From contig DAOTZZ010000053.1 of the NCBI GenBank assembly GCA_034433965.1, positions 1 through 49,299 on the forward strand: a stretch of DNA of 49,299 nt, read 5' to 3'. How positions within the stretch are numbered: the stretch's first letter is position 1; each line of letters starts with the position of its first letter. This DNA is from Anaerolineae bacterium. GTDB lineage: Bacteria > Chloroflexota > Anaerolineae > Aggregatilineales > Aggregatilineaceae. Below, one piece after another: positions 8,555 to 17,705 of the stretch. The notes below the pieces were generated by a model. The model was not told the DNA's origin and made no database searches. It saw only the letters and a program-made list of their open reading frames with translations. The position numbers and the translations under genes are program-made.

Positions 8555-9394
8555 CTATTGCAGCAGGATGAAGATGCTCACCGGCGGCAGGCTGACGATC
8601 ACCGTGCCCAGCATCAGCGGCCCAAAGCGCAACGCGCCGCCACCCAGGCGCAGCGCCCCAATGCCCGTCTGCACGGTCTGCATGTCCGGGTCGGACATGA
8701 CCAGGTTCGGCCACAGGTACATGTTCCAGGCATAGATGGTCTGCACCACGGCCAGCGCCCCGATGGTGTTCCAGCTCATGGGCACCAGCACGCGGAACAG
8801 GAATTGCAGCGGGTTGGCCCCGTCGAGTTGAGCCGCTTCGGAGAGTTCCGCCGGTATGCTGGAAAAATGTTGGCGGAACAGGAAGGTGCCTGTCGCGCTG
8901 GCTGTGAAGGGCACGATCAGCGCCCAATAGGTGTTCTGCCAGTGCAGCTTGTTGATGAAGCGGAACAGGGCGATGATCAGCACTTCGGTGGGCATCATCA
9001 GCGTGATGAGCACGAAGCCGAAGACCAGCCATTTGCCCGGAAACCGGAAATAGACGAACGCCAGGCCGGAGAGTAGCGAGAAGATCGTCTTGCCCAGGGT
9101 GATGCCCAGGGTCATGATCACGCTGTTGATCATGTAGGTGTGCAGATGGCGTTCGTAGAAGACTACGTGCCAGTTCTCGTGCAGCCCGCTGCCTGGCGTG
9201 AACTGATAGCGGAAGACTTCTGCGTTGGTCTGCGTGCTGACGATGAGCGCATAGAACAGGGGAATGCCCGACATGAAGCAGGCCGCTATCAGAATGAGGT
9301 GCGCGTACCAGCGCTTGGGCCACCACCTGCGCACCCTCTGCCAGGCTGCGGCTAGCGGTGATACGCGGGTGCTTTCTCGTGAAACAACCGTCAT
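8555..9394 (-). CDS. carbohydrate-type (CUT1) ABC transporter permease
   Basis: Six hydrophobic segments and the EAA-loop motif LSEAAQLDGANPLQF. It directly follows the other permease. Confidence 0.85.
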   Translation of the reverse strand: MTVVSRESTRVSPLAAAWQRVRRWWPKRWYAHLILIAACFMSGIPLFYALIVSTQTNAEVFRYQFTPGSGLHENWHVVFYERHLHTYMINSVIMTLGITLGKTIFSLLSGLAFVYFRFPGKWLVFGFVLITLMMPTEVLIIALFRFINKLHWQNTYWALIVPFTASATGTFLFRQHFSSIPAELSEAAQLDGANPLQFLFRVLVPMSWNTIGALAVVQTIYAWNMYLWPNLVMSDPDMQTVQTGIGALRLGGGALRFGPLMLGTVIVSLPPVSIFILLQ

Positions 9395-9398
9395 GGCC

Positions 9399-10595
9399 TC
9401 ATACTCCGTAGGTGACCTGCCGCCCGCCCGTCCGGAACAGCACCACGGTGATGCCGATCACCGTCAGGAATAGCACGATCGATTCCGCGGCGGCTTTGCC
9501 CATGTCGTTGTTCTGCACGCCAAGCTGAATGACCCGGTACATCATGGTTGTCGTCGAGCGCAGCGGGCCGCCGCCGGGCGTCAAGTAGTCTATGGTGGCA
9601 TACGTCTCGAAGAAAGCATAAGTCAGGTTGGTGACGACCAGGAAGAAGGTGATGGGCGATAGCATCGGCCAGACGATGTGCCAGAACCGCCGCAAGACCC
9701 CCGCGCCGTCAATCGCGCCCGCTTCGATCAGGTCTTTGGGCACATTCTGCAGACCGGCGATGTAGAACAGGATGTTGAAGCCCATAGACTTCCACACGCT
9801 GGCCAGGATGATCGTCCAGGGGGCAACCTGGGGATCGTTGAGCCAGCCCAGCTTGATGCCCAACCATTTGCCCAGCAGGTAGTTGATCAGACCTCCCGAC
9901 GGGTTGAACATCAGCAGGAAGATGATCCCTGCCACGGCGGGAGACATGGCATAGGGCCAGACCAGCAGGATGCGGTAGATGGAAGCGCCGCGCAACGGCA
10001 GATAGGCCATGGTGGCGATCAGCAGCGACAACCCCATGCTCAGCACGACGATGAAGAAGGACATATACATCGTGCGCACAACCGTGTCGAAGTAGGTCTG
10101 GTCTTTCACCAGGCGGGTGAAGTTGTCCACGCAGACGAAAACTTCGCGCCGCGCGCCCAGTCGCGAGAGCATGGTCGAAAGGCGCAGCGTCTCCAATGAG
10201 GGGTAGTACAGGAACAGCAACAGGATGGTCAGGGTTGGCGCGAGCAGGGGCAGGGCAATCCACCAGTGCCGGAAGGCCCCCTGGCTTTGCTGCCCTTCTA
10301 TCAGACTCTCGCGGCGCAGCAACTTGCCGCTGAGCCAGCCGATGGGAGCCACGACGATAGCCGTGCCCGCCGCGGCCAGGATCAGCCCGAAGGCCTGATC
10401 CAGCGATTCGCGACCTGCCTCAAAGGTACAGTAGTCTAGCGGGGCCAGGAACAGGGCCGAGCCAAATGCCCCGGCGATGGCCCCCAGCCCCAGGCCGAGC
10501 AGCCAGAGTCCGCCGGCGCGTTTGAAGATATAGGCCACGACAGCGGCCCCGATCGCTGCGCCCGCCAGCATCAGAACCACAGGAGAAACGACCAT
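9399..10595 (-). CDS. carbohydrate-type (CUT1) ABC transporter permease with ~110-aa N-terminal membrane extension
   Basis: EAA-loop LIEAGAIDGAGVLRRF. The UgpA-like core begins near RHWWIALPLLAP and is preceded by about three additional hydrophobic helices. Confidence 0.85.
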   Translation of the reverse strand: MVVSPVVLMLAGAAIGAAVVAYIFKRAGGLWLLGLGLGAIAGAFGSALFLAPLDYCTFEAGRESLDQAFGLILAAAGTAIVVAPIGWLSGKLLRRESLIEGQQSQGAFRHWWIALPLLAPTLTILLLFLYYPSLETLRLSTMLSRLGARREVFVCVDNFTRLVKDQTYFDTVVRTMYMSFFIVVLSMGLSLLIATMAYLPLRGASIYRILLVWPYAMSPAVAGIIFLLMFNPSGGLINYLLGKWLGIKLGWLNDPQVAPWTIILASVWKSMGFNILFYIAGLQNVPKDLIEAGAIDGAGVLRRFWHIVWPMLSPITFFLVVTNLTYAFFETYATIDYLTPGGGPLRSTTTMMYRVIQLGVQNNDMGKAAAESIVLFLTVIGITVVLFRTGGRQVTYGV

Positions 10596-10702
10596 GATGA
10601 CTTTTTCTCTCTAGGCTTCCTGTTCAGGACTCTTGAGAAAACCCGATTGGGGGGCGACCCCTGCGTCGCCCCCCAGGTGAACAGACCAGTTGCGCCCCAG
10701 GT

Positions 10703-12055
10703 TTACGGCGCGTTCAGCAGGTTGTACTCTTCGATGATGCGATTGGCTTCGGCCACCGCTTCGTCGAGCACCGCCTTGGGGTCGTCGTCGCTCAGCAATA
10801 CACGGTCAATGGCCGCCGTGACCACGTTGCGGATGGCCGGGAAGCCGCCCACCAGCGCGCCGCTGGTCGCCGGCGTGACCTTGCTCTGGGCGAGCTGTTG
10901 CACCGCAACCGTCTGGTTGGGCCACTGCTCGAACCAGCCCTCGGCCTCCAGCAGGTCGTAGGCGCTGTAGCGGATCGGGATGTAGCCGGTGATCTTGTGC
11001 CAGTCCGCCGCGTTCTCGGTGTTGGTCAGGTAGACCAGGAAGGCCAACGCGCCTTCCTCAACCGCCGGGTCGAGGCCGTCGGCCAGCCACAGGGTCGCGC
11101 CGCCGATCAGGTTGCCCGTCCAGCCCGTGTCGTCGTTGTAGGGCAGGAACGAAGCGACAGTCTCGAAGCCGCCCTCGATGCCCATCTGCGTGTAGAGGGT
11201 CGTATCGGAGCTGCTGTAGGCGGCCATGGCAACCTGCTGCGTCGAGTACGCCTGATCCACCGTTGACCAGGAATCGCCGCCCTGCGCGCCGCTGTAGTAC
11301 AGATACCCCTTGTTGTAGAGGTCATCCAGCCACTGCAGGATGGCCACGCCCGCTTCGCTGTTGAAGACAGCTTCCGTCGCGCGGGCCGAACGGCCATTGT
11401 CGTTGTTGACATACAGCGCGTTCTGCTGCGCCAGCCACTGCTCGAAGAACCAGCCATGATTCGGCCAGGTGAAGCAGTATTCTGGCGCGTTCTCCAGGGC
11501 CATGATCGCTTCGCAGGCCTTCTCGACCTCGTCCCAGGTCGCCGGCGGCTTTTCCCAACCGGCAGCCCGCAGGTAATTCATGTTGGAGAACATGATTGCC
11601 GAGGAAGTGTTCCAGGGCATGGAAGTCCACTTGCCATCCAGGGTGTAGTAGGCGCGCACCGGCTCGACGAAGTCGTCGAAGTCAACCGGCAGGCCGAGGA
11701 TTTCGGTGCGGCCGCCCAGCGCATCGGCGATCGGCTTGAACAGGCCGCTGTCGCGGGCATCCTGCGTGCCAGCCTCAAAGAACTGCACGACGGCGGGCAG
11801 TTGGCCCTGCTCTGCGGCGACGGCCACCTGCGCGAAGACGGTCTCGTAGCTGTAGCCGCCGGTGACGACGACCTCATACTGCGGGAACATCTCGTTGAAG
11901 CGGGCGGCGACCTCCTTGGTCCAGTCCCAGCGATAGTCCTGGAAGGCGATCCACACGTCAATCTTGGTCTTTTCCTGCGCGACGCTCGTCGCCCCTGGCG
12001 CGGCCAGCGCCAGCATCATGACCAGCACAACGGATAGAAATACGAGTTTTTTCAT
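10703..12055 (-). CDS. ABC transporter extracellular solute-binding protein (family 1)
   Basis: Signal peptide MKKLVFLSVVLVMMLALAAPGA. About 450 aa with a Trp/Tyr-rich SBP_bac_1-like composition. It sits first in the gene order SBP-permease-permease. Confidence 0.85.
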   Translation of the reverse strand: MKKLVFLSVVLVMMLALAAPGATSVAQEKTKIDVWIAFQDYRWDWTKEVAARFNEMFPQYEVVVTGGYSYETVFAQVAVAAEQGQLPAVVQFFEAGTQDARDSGLFKPIADALGGRTEILGLPVDFDDFVEPVRAYYTLDGKWTSMPWNTSSAIMFSNMNYLRAAGWEKPPATWDEVEKACEAIMALENAPEYCFTWPNHGWFFEQWLAQQNALYVNNDNGRSARATEAVFNSEAGVAILQWLDDLYNKGYLYYSGAQGGDSWSTVDQAYSTQQVAMAAYSSSDTTLYTQMGIEGGFETVASFLPYNDDTGWTGNLIGGATLWLADGLDPAVEEGALAFLVYLTNTENAADWHKITGYIPIRYSAYDLLEAEGWFEQWPNQTVAVQQLAQSKVTPATSGALVGGFPAIRNVVTAAIDRVLLSDDDPKAVLDEAVAEANRIIEEYNLLNAP

Positions 12056-12329
12056 CTCCTCACCTCAATAGACTAAGCGTTGCGGATGGACAGCAGTGCT
12101 CGGAGCACAAAGCGGAACTTTAGACTCTCCACACCAAATCCACCCTAACACAGCGTTAAAAGAACCTGATGTACCTGAAAACCGCTTGAAACTTCTTTAA
12201 TCTGCTCCTGCTACGTCTCCTTTCCTGGGGATTTCGTCAGTAGGGGGACGTTCTGCACGTGAAGGGCCAGACTGCGGCGAACTGATTATCCCCGACCTAC
12301 CGCCATTGTATGCCAAAAAAGTCTCCGTG

Positions 12330-12358
12330 CCAACACAAGCCAACACCCCAGTTGTTGG
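12330..12358. promoter_or_regulatory. candidate operator: tandem CAACAC(A/C) repeats plus an inverted half-site
   Basis: CCAACACAAGCCAACACCCCAGTTGTTGG has two CAACAC units 10 bp apart followed by GTTGTTGG. The same motif architecture occurs upstream of the DeoR gene at 17627..17666. Confidence 0.35.
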
Positions 12359-12398
12359 ATTGCGCACATAGAACGCACGCCCCCCTAACATCGCCTGC

Positions 12399-13163
12399 CT
12401 AGAAGTAATTGACCGTGATGCCGCCGTCCACCACCAGGCTGGCCCCGTTGACCCACGATGCCTCATCCGACGCCAGGTAGAGCGCGGCATAGGCCACGTC
12501 CGGCGGCTGACCAAAACGCCCCATCGGGATACGGCGCAGGCGCAGCATCTTGGCCTCTTCGGTGGCGAAGAGCGTTTCCATCAGCGGTGTGATGATCGGG
12601 CCGGGGCAGATGGCGTTGGAGCGCACTTTCTTGGGGCCGAACTGCACCGCCAGCGAGTGCGTGAGGGCGATTACCGCGCCTTTGCTGGCGGTGTAGGCGT
12701 CCTGCGGCACAGAGCAGCCCACCAATGCCACGAACGACGCGATATTGACCACTGCGCCGCCGCCCGCCTTGATGATCTCCGGAATGCCGTATTTGCAGCA
12801 CAGGGCCACGCCCTGCACGTTGACATCCAGCACGCGCCGCCAGACGTCCGGCTCCATGGTCAGCACGGAAATATCTTCGTCGGGCATAATGCCAGCGTTG
12901 TTGACGAGCGTATCCACCTTGCCGAACTTCGCCACGCCCGCCTTGATGGCCTTCTCGACATCAGCCTCCACCGCCACGTTGCCGGCGACGGCAATCGCCT
13001 GGCCGCCCGCCTGAGCGATCATCTGCGCCGTCTGCTCAACCGTCTGCGCGTTGATGTCGTTGAGCACCAGCCGCGCGCCCTCTTTGGCGAAGAGCAGGGC
13101 CGTCTCGCGGCCCAGGCCGCTGCCCGCGCCAGTGATGAAAGCAACCTTGTTCTCTAGTCGCAT
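12399..13163 (-). CDS. short-chain dehydrogenase/reductase (SDR) family oxidoreductase
   Basis: TGAGSGLGR cofactor motif, NNAG, catalytic YTASK. Start set at ATG 13163, preceded by AAGGAG; the 13223 track start is a TTG codon. Confidence 0.9.
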   Translation of the reverse strand: MRLENKVAFITGAGSGLGRETALLFAKEGARLVLNDINAQTVEQTAQMIAQAGGQAIAVAGNVAVEADVEKAIKAGVAKFGKVDTLVNNAGIMPDEDISVLTMEPDVWRRVLDVNVQGVALCCKYGIPEIIKAGGGAVVNIASFVALVGCSVPQDAYTASKGAVIALTHSLAVQFGPKKVRSNAICPGPIITPLMETLFATEEAKMLRLRRIPMGRFGQPPDVAYAALYLASDEASWVNGASLVVDGGITVNYF

Positions 13164-13219
13164 GGTGTATCTGGCTCCTTCTGTATAAATCTGCGAAAAC
13201 TGCCCAAAGGTGTTGCTCT

Positions 13220-14617
13220 TCAAATCTGCTCGAAGAAACGCGCGCGCTCCCAGCAGGTGACCGCTTCGTCGAACTTGCGCTGCTCGGTGCGCGCGAAGTG
13301 CAGGTAGTGCTCGACCACCTCCTCACCAAAAGCCGCGCGAGCCAGCTCGCTGCCCTCGAAGGCGGCAATCGCTTCGGGCAAGGTGCGGGGTACGCGCGGC
13401 AACTCCGCCGCCAGGTAGGCGTTGCCGGCGAACATGGGCGACGGCTCCGTCTGTCGCTCGATGCCATCTAGCGCCGCCGCCAGCAACGCAGCGAAGGCCA
13501 GGTAGGGGTTGGCGTCAGCGCCAGGGATACGGCATTCGACGCGCAGCGAGTCACCGCGCCCCACCACGCGGAAACCGGTGGTGCGGTTGTCGTAGGCCCA
13601 GGCGATGGCCGTCGGCGCGAACGATTCGGCCTGATAGCGCTTGTAGGAATTGACCGTCGGGGCGAAGAACAGCGCCAACTCGCGGGCGTGCGCCAGCATC
13701 CCGCCCACAGCCCAGCGAAACGTGGCGCTGGCCGTGACGGGCAGCCCCTCGGCCAGGGGGCGGTCTCCGGCAAAGAGATTGCGCGTGCCTCTTTTGTCCC
13801 ACAGGCTGAAGTGCAGGTGCATGCTGCTGCCGGCGTGATGCTCGTCCCACTTGGCCATGAAGGTGATCGCCAGCCCCTGTTGCCAGGCGATCTCGCGGGC
13901 CAGTTGCTTGAAGATGACGGTGCGATCGCCCATGGTCAGCAGGTCGCTGTAGCGGATGTTGATCTCTTCCTGGCCCGCGCCCCATTCGCCTTTGCTGAAC
14001 TCGACCGGCACGCCGGAGAGATGCAGATGCTGACGCATAGCGCCGAGCAGCCCTTCGACCTTGCTGCCCTGAAACAGGTGATAGTCCTCGATATAGGCCC
14101 CGAAGGTTTGTAGATCGTGGTAGTGTTTGGCGCGGGCGGAGTCGTAGGTCTCCTGGAAGACGAAGAATTCCAGCTCGCTCGCGCCCATCGGCAGCAAGTC
14201 CAGCGCCCGCGCCCGCTCGATCTGTCGGCGCAACACCGAGCGCGGCGCGATGCTCACCAGATCGCCGGTCATCTCGTTGCGCACGTCGCACAAGACCAGC
14301 GCCGACCGGTCGAGCCACGACGCGCGACGCAGCGTACTCCAGTCCACCGTCGCCCAGGCATCGCGGTAGCCCTGCTCCCAACTGGCGAAGCGATAGCCGG
14401 GCACCGGGTCCATGGCCAGGTCGCAGGCCAGCAGGTAGTCGCAGAAGTGCAGGCCGTGCTCCGCTGACTCCAGGAAGTAGCGGGCATCGTAGCGCTTGCC
14501 CAGCAGCCGCCCGTACAGGTCGGGGAAGGCTACCAGGACGGTTTCGATTTCCCCGCGCTGTACGGCTTCGGCCAGCGCCGCGCGACTCAGCAGACCGACC
14601 TGCTGCGACTCAGTCAT
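13220..14617 (-). CDS. glutamine synthetase-family ligase (gamma-glutamyl-amine synthetase-like, PuuA/GlnA3-4 type)
   Basis: GS catalytic-domain motifs: FSKGEWGAGQEEINI, MAKWDEHHAGSSMHLHFSLW, NSYKRY, RIPGADANPYLA. Its start overlaps the AOR stop by 8 nt. Confidence 0.85.
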   Translation of the reverse strand: MTESQQVGLLSRAALAEAVQRGEIETVLVAFPDLYGRLLGKRYDARYFLESAEHGLHFCDYLLACDLAMDPVPGYRFASWEQGYRDAWATVDWSTLRRASWLDRSALVLCDVRNEMTGDLVSIAPRSVLRRQIERARALDLLPMGASELEFFVFQETYDSARAKHYHDLQTFGAYIEDYHLFQGSKVEGLLGAMRQHLHLSGVPVEFSKGEWGAGQEEINIRYSDLLTMGDRTVIFKQLAREIAWQQGLAITFMAKWDEHHAGSSMHLHFSLWDKRGTRNLFAGDRPLAEGLPVTASATFRWAVGGMLAHARELALFFAPTVNSYKRYQAESFAPTAIAWAYDNRTTGFRVVGRGDSLRVECRIPGADANPYLAFAALLAAALDGIERQTEPSPMFAGNAYLAAELPRVPRTLPEAIAAFEGSELARAAFGEEVVEHYLHFARTEQRKFDEAVTCWERARFFEQI

Positions 14618-16529
14618 CGCCTGCCCCTTGCGGCGCGGTGCGCACGGCTTCCAGTTCGTCGGCCACCCAGCCGATGCCCAGTTCTTCCAGTTTGGCGCGG
14701 GTGGGCGTGCCGGTCGTCACATCCCAGCCGGCCATGGCGTAGTAGATGTCCTTGGCGCGCTCGAACTCTTCGACCGTCACATACAGGCCATCGCTCTTGC
14801 CGCCGCGCAACGGTTTGGTGAGCTTCTTGGGCAGCGTGTCCTGGTCGCGCCCGAAACCTTCACGGGCGTTGAAGGCGCGCAGCATGTTCAGGCGACGTTC
14901 GCCCAGCTTCTGCAACTCGAACACCGTCACCGACCAGCCTGTCACCGCGCGCACGAAGTCGGCGAGCTGTCGCAGGCTGAAGAGTTGCCAGTCTGGTCCC
15001 CACACGAATTGACACAGGCTGAGCGTATCGAGCGCGCTATAGGTGCACTGCGTGTAGAAGGCATAGCGCACCTTTTCGGCGTTGAGCACAGTGAGCGGCT
15101 GCGGGTTGAGCAGCCCCAGTTCGGCGATGCGCGGGTTGAACTCGGTGTAGCTGCCGTCGTGCTCGCTGGACATGTGATCCGCACCGAAAGGATTGACGCC
15201 GTAGATCAGCGCCAGGCTGCGCTTGACCTGCGGCATATGCGCGGGCATCTCCGATCCCTTGACGGTGATCAGCAAGTCCTCTGCCGCCGGGCCGAAGCGC
15301 CGCGCAGCGATGGCCGAACCGTCGGCCAGCACATCGCCGAACCCCTCGCGGCGGGCGATCATCTCGGTCAGGCGCACCATGGCCTCGGCGTTGCCAAAGC
15401 GCAGCTCCAGGCCGCCGGTGTCGGCCTGCGTGATGATGCCCTGCTCGTAGCAATCCATGGCCCAGGCGATCGTCGCTCCGCAGGTGATGGTGTCCATGCC
15501 GTACATGTTGCATAGCTGATTGGCATAGGCCACGGCCTTCAGGTCGGAAACACCGCAATAGGTGCCGAACGTGCTGAGCGTCTCGTATTCCGGGCCGCCG
15601 TAGATCGGGTTGAGGGGATAGGGGCCATCGTGACTTTCGACCACGCGCTTACAACGCACCGTACAGGCGTAGCACGTATCCGTCTCTTTGAGGATCGTCG
15701 CGCGCATGGTCTCGCCGCTGAGGGAGTCGTAGCCCTCGAAGACGCCGCTGGCGTAGTTGTACGCGGGCAGCCCGCCGCGACTCTGCTGCTTGCGGATAAG
15801 GGCCGTTGTGCCCAGCAAAGTCATGCTGCCCATGATGTCTTCGGTGTTGTCCGCGCCCCATTTGGCCAGCGCCTTGAACGCTTCGCCGTCGAAGACGGAT
15901 GGGCGCTGCCTGCCGCGCACGACGACCGCTTTGAGATTCTTGCTGCCCATCACCGCGCCCATGCCGGTGCGCCCGTTGGCGCGGTTGGACATGTTGATCA
16001 TGGCGGCGAAGCGCACGCCGCGTTCGCCCGCCGGGCCACACTGCAACACCTGCACGCGGCGGTCGCCCAACTCGTCCTCGATGGCGCGCTGCACGTCGTG
16101 GGTCACGCGCCCCCACAGGTGCGAGGCGTCGCGCAATTCGGCCTCACCGTCGTGAATCCACAGGTAGACGGGCCTTTCGGCGCGGCCCCAGATGACGATG
16201 CCATCGAAGCCAGCGAATTTCAGTTCGGCAGGCCAGAAGCCGCCGCACTGCGAATCGCCGACCATGCCGGTGAGCGGCGAGCGCGCGGTTGCGCACATGC
16301 GACTCTGGCCGGAGATAGGCATACCGGTCACCACGCTGTCCATCAGCGCCAGCGTGTTCTCCGGCGCGAGCGGGTCGGTGCCTGGGGGCGTGTTCTTGAG
16401 CAGGTAGTACAGCCCCATGGCGCTGCCCCCCATGTAAGTGCGGTAAAAAATCTCGTCCGGCTCCTCAACGGTCAGGCTGCCGGTGGTCAGGTTGACGTGC
16501 AGAATTTTGCCGTGATACCCGTAAGGCAT
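14610..16529 (-). CDS. aor: aldehyde:ferredoxin oxidoreductase (AOR family, tungsto/molybdopterin + 4Fe-4S)
   Basis: 639 aa. AOR-type N-terminus MPYGYHGKILHVNLTTG. 4Fe-4S cysteine motif CYACTVRC (C-x2-C-x3-C). AAGGAAGGA SD upstream of ATG 16529. Confidence 0.88.
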   Translation of the reverse strand: MPYGYHGKILHVNLTTGSLTVEEPDEIFYRTYMGGSAMGLYYLLKNTPPGTDPLAPENTLALMDSVVTGMPISGQSRMCATARSPLTGMVGDSQCGGFWPAELKFAGFDGIVIWGRAERPVYLWIHDGEAELRDASHLWGRVTHDVQRAIEDELGDRRVQVLQCGPAGERGVRFAAMINMSNRANGRTGMGAVMGSKNLKAVVVRGRQRPSVFDGEAFKALAKWGADNTEDIMGSMTLLGTTALIRKQQSRGGLPAYNYASGVFEGYDSLSGETMRATILKETDTCYACTVRCKRVVESHDGPYPLNPIYGGPEYETLSTFGTYCGVSDLKAVAYANQLCNMYGMDTITCGATIAWAMDCYEQGIITQADTGGLELRFGNAEAMVRLTEMIARREGFGDVLADGSAIAARRFGPAAEDLLITVKGSEMPAHMPQVKRSLALIYGVNPFGADHMSSEHDGSYTEFNPRIAELGLLNPQPLTVLNAEKVRYAFYTQCTYSALDTLSLCQFVWGPDWQLFSLRQLADFVRAVTGWSVTVFELQKLGERRLNMLRAFNAREGFGRDQDTLPKKLTKPLRGGKSDGLYVTVEEFERAKDIYYAMAGWDVTTGTPTRAKLEELGIGWVADELEAVRTAPQGAGDD

Positions 16530-16714
16530 AGCAATCCTTCCTTAAATGAAAAAGGCGAGCGGTGCGGTGAGAGCGCGTGTCTTGAGCTTTCCGTCGTCTC
16601 GCAGAGCGCGGAAGTCTGGCTGGCAAGAGCGGTGAGTAGTATTTTTTGCCCACATGATGTATTTTCGAATCCACACAAATCTTGTTTGATGCTGTTTGAA
16701 AGGAAACAGACCTC

Positions 16715-17581
16715 ATGTATAGAGACCTGCCCCTCGCCATCGCCATCCTGAATGGCTATCCCAGAGCCAGCCGCGAACGCTTCGACGCCGCCGACGTAGG
16801 TCACCCGCACGAGATGTACGCCCGCTTCGTGCGCTCCTACGTCCCCCAGGCTACCCTGGACGTGATCTTCATTGCCGACCTGGATAGCGCCCTGCCCAGC
16901 GGGGCCAACCTGCGCTCCTACGACGCCTACATCTGGACCGGCTCCGATCTGACCATCTATCACACCGACGACCCGCGCGTCACCCGGCAGGTGGAGCTGG
17001 CCCGCGCCATCTACGAGGCAGGCGTGCCCTGCTATGGCAGTTGTTGGGGCATTCAGATGGCCGCCTATGCCGCCGGTGGCGAGGTGCGCAAAAACCCCAG
17101 AGGCCGCGAGTGGGCCATTGCCCGCCGCATCACGCGCACCGAAGCCGGACGGGCGCACCCCTTGCTGCGCGGCAAGCCGGATGTCTACGACGGCTTCATC
17201 ATGCATCTGGACGAAGTCGTCACCCTGCCGCCCGGCGCGACGCTGCTGGCCACCAACGAGCACACCCCCGTGCAGGCGTTGGAAGTCAAACACAAGAACG
17301 GCGTCTTCTGGGCCACGCAATACCATCCGGAGTACAATTTCTTCGAGATGGCCCGCCTGATCCGCGCCCGCGCTGAACCGCTTGTTAAAGAAGGCTTCTT
17401 CGCCACCATCGAGGACGTGCAGGCCTACGCCGAGGCCATGTTCGCTCTGCACGAGCGCCCCGACGATCCGGCGCTGCGCGAGCGTTTTGCCGTCGGGCCG
17501 GACATCCTCGACCCGCTCTACCGCGAGGCCGAGCTGCGCAACTGGTTCGACTATCTGGTCATCCCATCGCGGCGACGCTAG
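16715..17581 (+). CDS. class-I glutamine amidotransferase-like protein (candidate gamma-glutamyl amide hydrolase)
   Basis: Nucleophile elbow CYGSCWGIQM and His-Glu pair in QYHPE. Divergently transcribed from the AOR operon. Confidence 0.8.
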   Translation: MYRDLPLAIAILNGYPRASRERFDAADVGHPHEMYARFVRSYVPQATLDVIFIADLDSALPSGANLRSYDAYIWTGSDLTIYHTDDPRVTRQVELARAIYEAGVPCYGSCWGIQMAAYAAGGEVRKNPRGREWAIARRITRTEAGRAHPLLRGKPDVYDGFIMHLDEVVTLPPGATLLATNEHTPVQALEVKHKNGVFWATQYHPEYNFFEMARLIRARAEPLVKEGFFATIEDVQAYAEAMFALHERPDDPALRERFAVGPDILDPLYREAELRNWFDYLVIPSRRR

Positions 17582-17626
17582 CGTCAGTCGCGGCGCAGGG
17601 TGAGAATGATGGCGCTTTGTGTCTAT

Positions 17627-17666
17627 TTCAACACAATTCAACACAAAATGCAACTTATTCGTGTTG
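17627..17666 (+). promoter_or_regulatory. candidate DeoR operator: perfect tandem 10-bp repeat TTCAACACAA x2 plus inverted GTGTTG
   Basis: TTCAACACAA at 17627-17636 and again at 17637-17646. GTGTTG at 17661-17666. The site lies in an AT-richer stretch 40-80 nt upstream of the deoR-like ATG. Confidence 0.4.
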
Positions 17667-17705
17667 GCAAAATGACATAAAACGCCGTGCCGAAAGGCAG
17701 TTGGC

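Noticed and set aside
8145-9326. 393-aa ORF overlapping the ABC permease and the repeat element
   Set aside because: It is out of frame with the clearly membrane-like permease (8555..9394), has Arg/His/Pro-rich composition, and reads through the palindromic repeat.
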